The notes below the pieces were generated by a model. The model saw only the letters and a program-made list of their open reading frames with translations, searched no databases and was not told the origin of the DNA. Position numbers and translations under genes: made by a program. Shown here piece by piece: positions 60,474 to 64,000 of a DNA stretch of 64,000 nucleotides. The stretch's first letter is position 1. The number at the start of each line of letters is the position of its first letter. The DNA lies in the NCBI GenBank assembly GCA_047495785.1, contig JBLDXI010000024.1, positions 1,178,001-1,242,000 on the forward strand. Direction: 5' to 3'. The stretch comes from Lepidodermella squamata. Lineage: Eukaryota; Animalia; Gastrotricha.

Positions 60474-62832
60474 TAAGGTGGCTGAACAGGTTATATAGGT
60501 CAGGCCTTATTAAAAAGGCTGTTAGAATTTGAAAAGCCGACGGCTCGCATTGATCAACCCATTTGGCGTTAAATTTTATTTAAATCTAATAATATTGAAA
60601 ATTTTAAGCAAAATTCTTGAGGAGGATTTTTTGCAAATTTAGTCCGTATATAAAAACTTTTGCTGTGAGTTTTTATTTTATACATCAGAGTATTAAAGTT
60701 ACTGAGCGCTATGATCGATGCAGCTAATATCAAAATTCTGATGAGAAAGTGAAAGCCATCAAAAAGCCGTGAAAAAAGTGTCGCCGCGGGAGACACGCAA
60801 ATAAAGCACTGAGCTATTTGCTCGGATAAGAGAGAGACCACTCCATCATAGGGGAGAAAAAACGGACAAAAACTTGTCCGTAGATAGTGATCCGTTGGCT
60901 ACGGACATCTATCGCATCGATTGGGGAAAATTGCTATATTTTTCGAGCTGGCGAAAAATTCTAATTATCATCAAACACGTGAATCCGTTGAGAATTTCGA
61001 ATTTTTATATTTTACAGAGACGATTCAGTAACATATTTAGAGGTTTGATCGAAACTAGGAGATAATAAGGATAAACATTAAAAATATATTTACTGATGGA
61101 GCGGCAAATTGGGCGTAAATAGTGATGATCAAAATCTCGTTTATAAATAGTTTTCGAAAAAAATTGCCGCTCACCGGTAATTTGCGGCAATATTCAGTGA
61201 TAACTGTGCGGCAATTGAAAGAAAAGCTAGGTCGTTTTTCTACGCTTATTTACCTGTGTCTGCGTGTGTTGCTTTTAGCAATAGGTAAAGCGGAACAAGA
61301 AGAGGAGCCAAAATGAATAGCCGTGAAGAGATTATTATCGGCAGTTGCAATCTATAGAATGGTATCTTATTGTATTATTGCGATATCTGTAGAGCGTATC
61401 AAGTTGTGGCATATACGTTGGCCGCTTCTTTCTTTAGGGTAAATATGCGGGTAGGTCTTGATGATATAATAAAAAAACCGGCCACCGGATGTAACGCCAA
61501 AAATCATCGCTCACTCGGTGATTTTGTTAATAGCGAGGGCGGGCTGACGGCTGTAGTAGCGAGCAAATGTTGAGTCTACGCGAATCTACCGGTATAAGCG
61601 CCAGGTTTCCGCGCATCATCATCGCCTCACACTGCAATAAAAGAGGCGTGAGTGGGATAATATCAACAGCCGCGCAGATCACGCGCATTGGAAAAATCAC
61701 GCGCTTCGAATTATTTATGATGCGAGGAAATAACAATTTGTAGCTGCTGAAATAACTTCAGGTATCTATATTCACGCGGTAACTCGGCAAGGAACAACCG
61801 ATGTCTTGGTTTCAAGCTGGATTGATTTTGGAAAAATTAACTGGCTAATCGGCTATGTTGTAGCGATGATCATCTGGACAAATAACACCTGACTACTGGA
61901 TTTCTTTTTTTTTTAATTTCAAAATGAGTGAAAAAGCCAAAAATTGACATGACAAATGCGAATCCAATTAGGAGAGCTTCCGTTTTAATATAAAATGCAG
62001 TTTTTTTTATGAATTACATTTCTTTATTTTTCAGTTCTAAAAGTTACACACGTATGGTCAAAGCAGCTTTCGCGAGAAAAATTTCTGGAAAAATTGAAAA
62101 TTGAAATAATTTCAAATTTGATCCTAGTTGCAATTCGATATTCGATGTTTAAGGCGTTCCGATGTGGTGAACAAAAATGCAGACTATTATTACAATGAAC
62201 GCGTCATGTTATGTAATGAATAATTGTCCGTGAGAGATCATTATAGTCAGAGGTATAGATGTACCGTGAATCACGCAGTTTTCACGTGCTTCAAGCGTGT
62301 GCAGGCACGCGAGCGACCCCCAAATAAAATAGCTAGCGACCGCGTGTTTTTTGCGCGTGCTCTGACTGACTTTCATGACAAATAAAAAAAAGAGAAATCT
62401 GTCACGGTATAGTATACTCTATGTTTGCCGAAATGATTCATCAGTCATAACCTACCATTCACCATTCAATTCTACGTGACTGGCTGCAAATAGGTCTTGG
62501 GCTCGATTCCCAGCCGTATTCACCGACATTCAAGTTACTGTTCATGCCATTTACTTTGAATGTTCTCGAAAGAGAAATTTTACGACCCCAAGCGTAGACA
62601 GCAAGTGGATCATCATGCAGGTCAGAAATATGAGGTAAAATATGGCCCTCAGGGTGCCAAATAAAATCCAAGTATTCAGCAGCAGTTGCAGCTCAGCTTT
62701 TTCACTGCAGATATATATTTGCCGACGGGGACCGAGATGCTGTCAAAATAATAGTGATGATCAAAATATTACGTTATAGATTTAGTTATGCTCCATCTGG
62801 GAAGACTGACGACATTATATTTTCAAAGAAAT

Positions 62833-63598
62833 TAGAGGAGGGAGCCCTAATTTCGGCCACTTCCTAAATTCGGCCGCTGCGTCCTAACTTCGGCCATCGG
62901 CCGAAATTTGGACACGAAGTGCTGTGCAGCAGTTTTATTTTCACGCAATTCAAGAAATTTGCATTTTGTTCAGCCCAGCAGTTTCATGATTTTTCTAGCA
63001 CGTGATCACAAAAAAATGTTCTAAATGCGTGCGAGCGGGCTTATGTCGCTTCTCGAGTGCTCTGTTACCGCTAATTTAATTTACCTGAAACTGGCTCTTT
63101 AAAATGTACTGCTTTCACCTCAATAATTACCAGCTTCAAGGGATTTTTTAGATATTTTTCCAGAATTTTAGAACGTCAACCGCAGTTAGACTATTAGGTA
63201 GAAAACAAGTTATCAAACATGTACCTGTCAAAACAAGTCTGAGTTTCAGGCATCACGTATCACGTCGTCAAGGATAGGCTCACAGGTGAAGCAACAAAGG
63301 CGGTTTTTATAGTCAGCTTTTTGAGACAAATCTAACGATACCAAACTTATGGTATTAGGGTACCTGCATGAGGTGGCCGAAATTAGGGCACCCCGCTTCT
63401 AATTCCGGCCGGGTGTCTGGGTGACAAAAAATCAGCGATAAATCAAGGTAAAATCGTCCGGACTTGCGGAAAGCGGCATTCGATACCCTAAGAACTCCTC
63501 TTTAATTCTGCTTTTGCCGAATATTTTCTAAAAATTTACCTGGCTGGCAAAGTAGGAAAAACCTGAAAAGCGGCCGAAATTAGGGCGGGGTGCTCTAT
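62833..63598. mobile_element. Putative non-autonomous DNA transposon with imperfect TIRs
   Basis: tagag...gccctaatttcggcc at the left end and ggccgaaattagggc...ctcta at the right end, with internal repeats of the same motif. Confidence 0.5.
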
Positions 63599-64000
63599 CG
63601 ATGAATTGTATTGCATATCCCGGCCATTTCATCGTAGAATCCAGAGAAATGCTCAATCCTTATCTATCCTTACTCTCGGTGTTCCAACTGAGGAATGTCG
63701 TAGCAATGGGTGCCACGCTATATAGGAATAACAATTTCTCGGTTTTTTTCATGCGGCAATCCGACTGATTCAATTAGCTAGATGTTGCAAAGTTTTAACA
63801 CTATGAAATTTAAATTGCATTTATCAAATATTTGAAAAGCTAATCGACCGCAATAAACGAATGCTCTTTCGTTGTGAATTTTTCTAAAATATCTTACTTC
63901 AGGTCAAATAATAAGTAGTGAATTTTCTTAACATGCCGCGCCTTTTCTATCCACTTATTTGATCACCTGCTCTTAGCTATGGCTGTGAAAAAGATACAGA

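Overview
Eukaryotic (metazoan) DNA from a compact genome with many ~50-nt GT-AG introns; the species cannot be determined from the sequence. From left to right: (1) a partial low-complexity gene; (2) a NEK-like kinase/coiled-coil/ankyrin gene with a complete trypsin-family protease gene nested antisense in one intron; (3) two tandem ABCB1/P-glycoprotein paralogues; (4) a tandemly duplicated pair of secreted peptide-precursor genes, four genes in total, that share an S-G-A-[KR]-[RQ]-[VM]-[EA] core and similar promoter motifs, one of them carrying 28 copies of the core; (5) a kinase-less ankyrin paralogue; (6) an SLC35G/EamA transporter; (7) three tandem copies of a single-pass receptor tyrosine kinase whose ectodomain is a metabotropic-glutamate-receptor-type Venus flytrap (VKR-like architecture; two full-length, one cut off in the TM at a duplication breakpoint); (8) a secreted protease with a ~480-aa G/F/N/P low-complexity N-terminus; (9) an ACK-family kinase; (10) a spliced 37-aa Lys-rich microprotein missed by the ORF track; (11) a prohormone with a possible CRF/DH44-like motif. 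MITEs, Tc1/mariner-type elements and LINE fragments are interspersed. The strongest candidates for a new system are the SGAKRV peptide-precursor cluster and the mGluR-flytrap/RTK cluster. All exon structures were read by eye, boundaries are approximate, and no database search was run.
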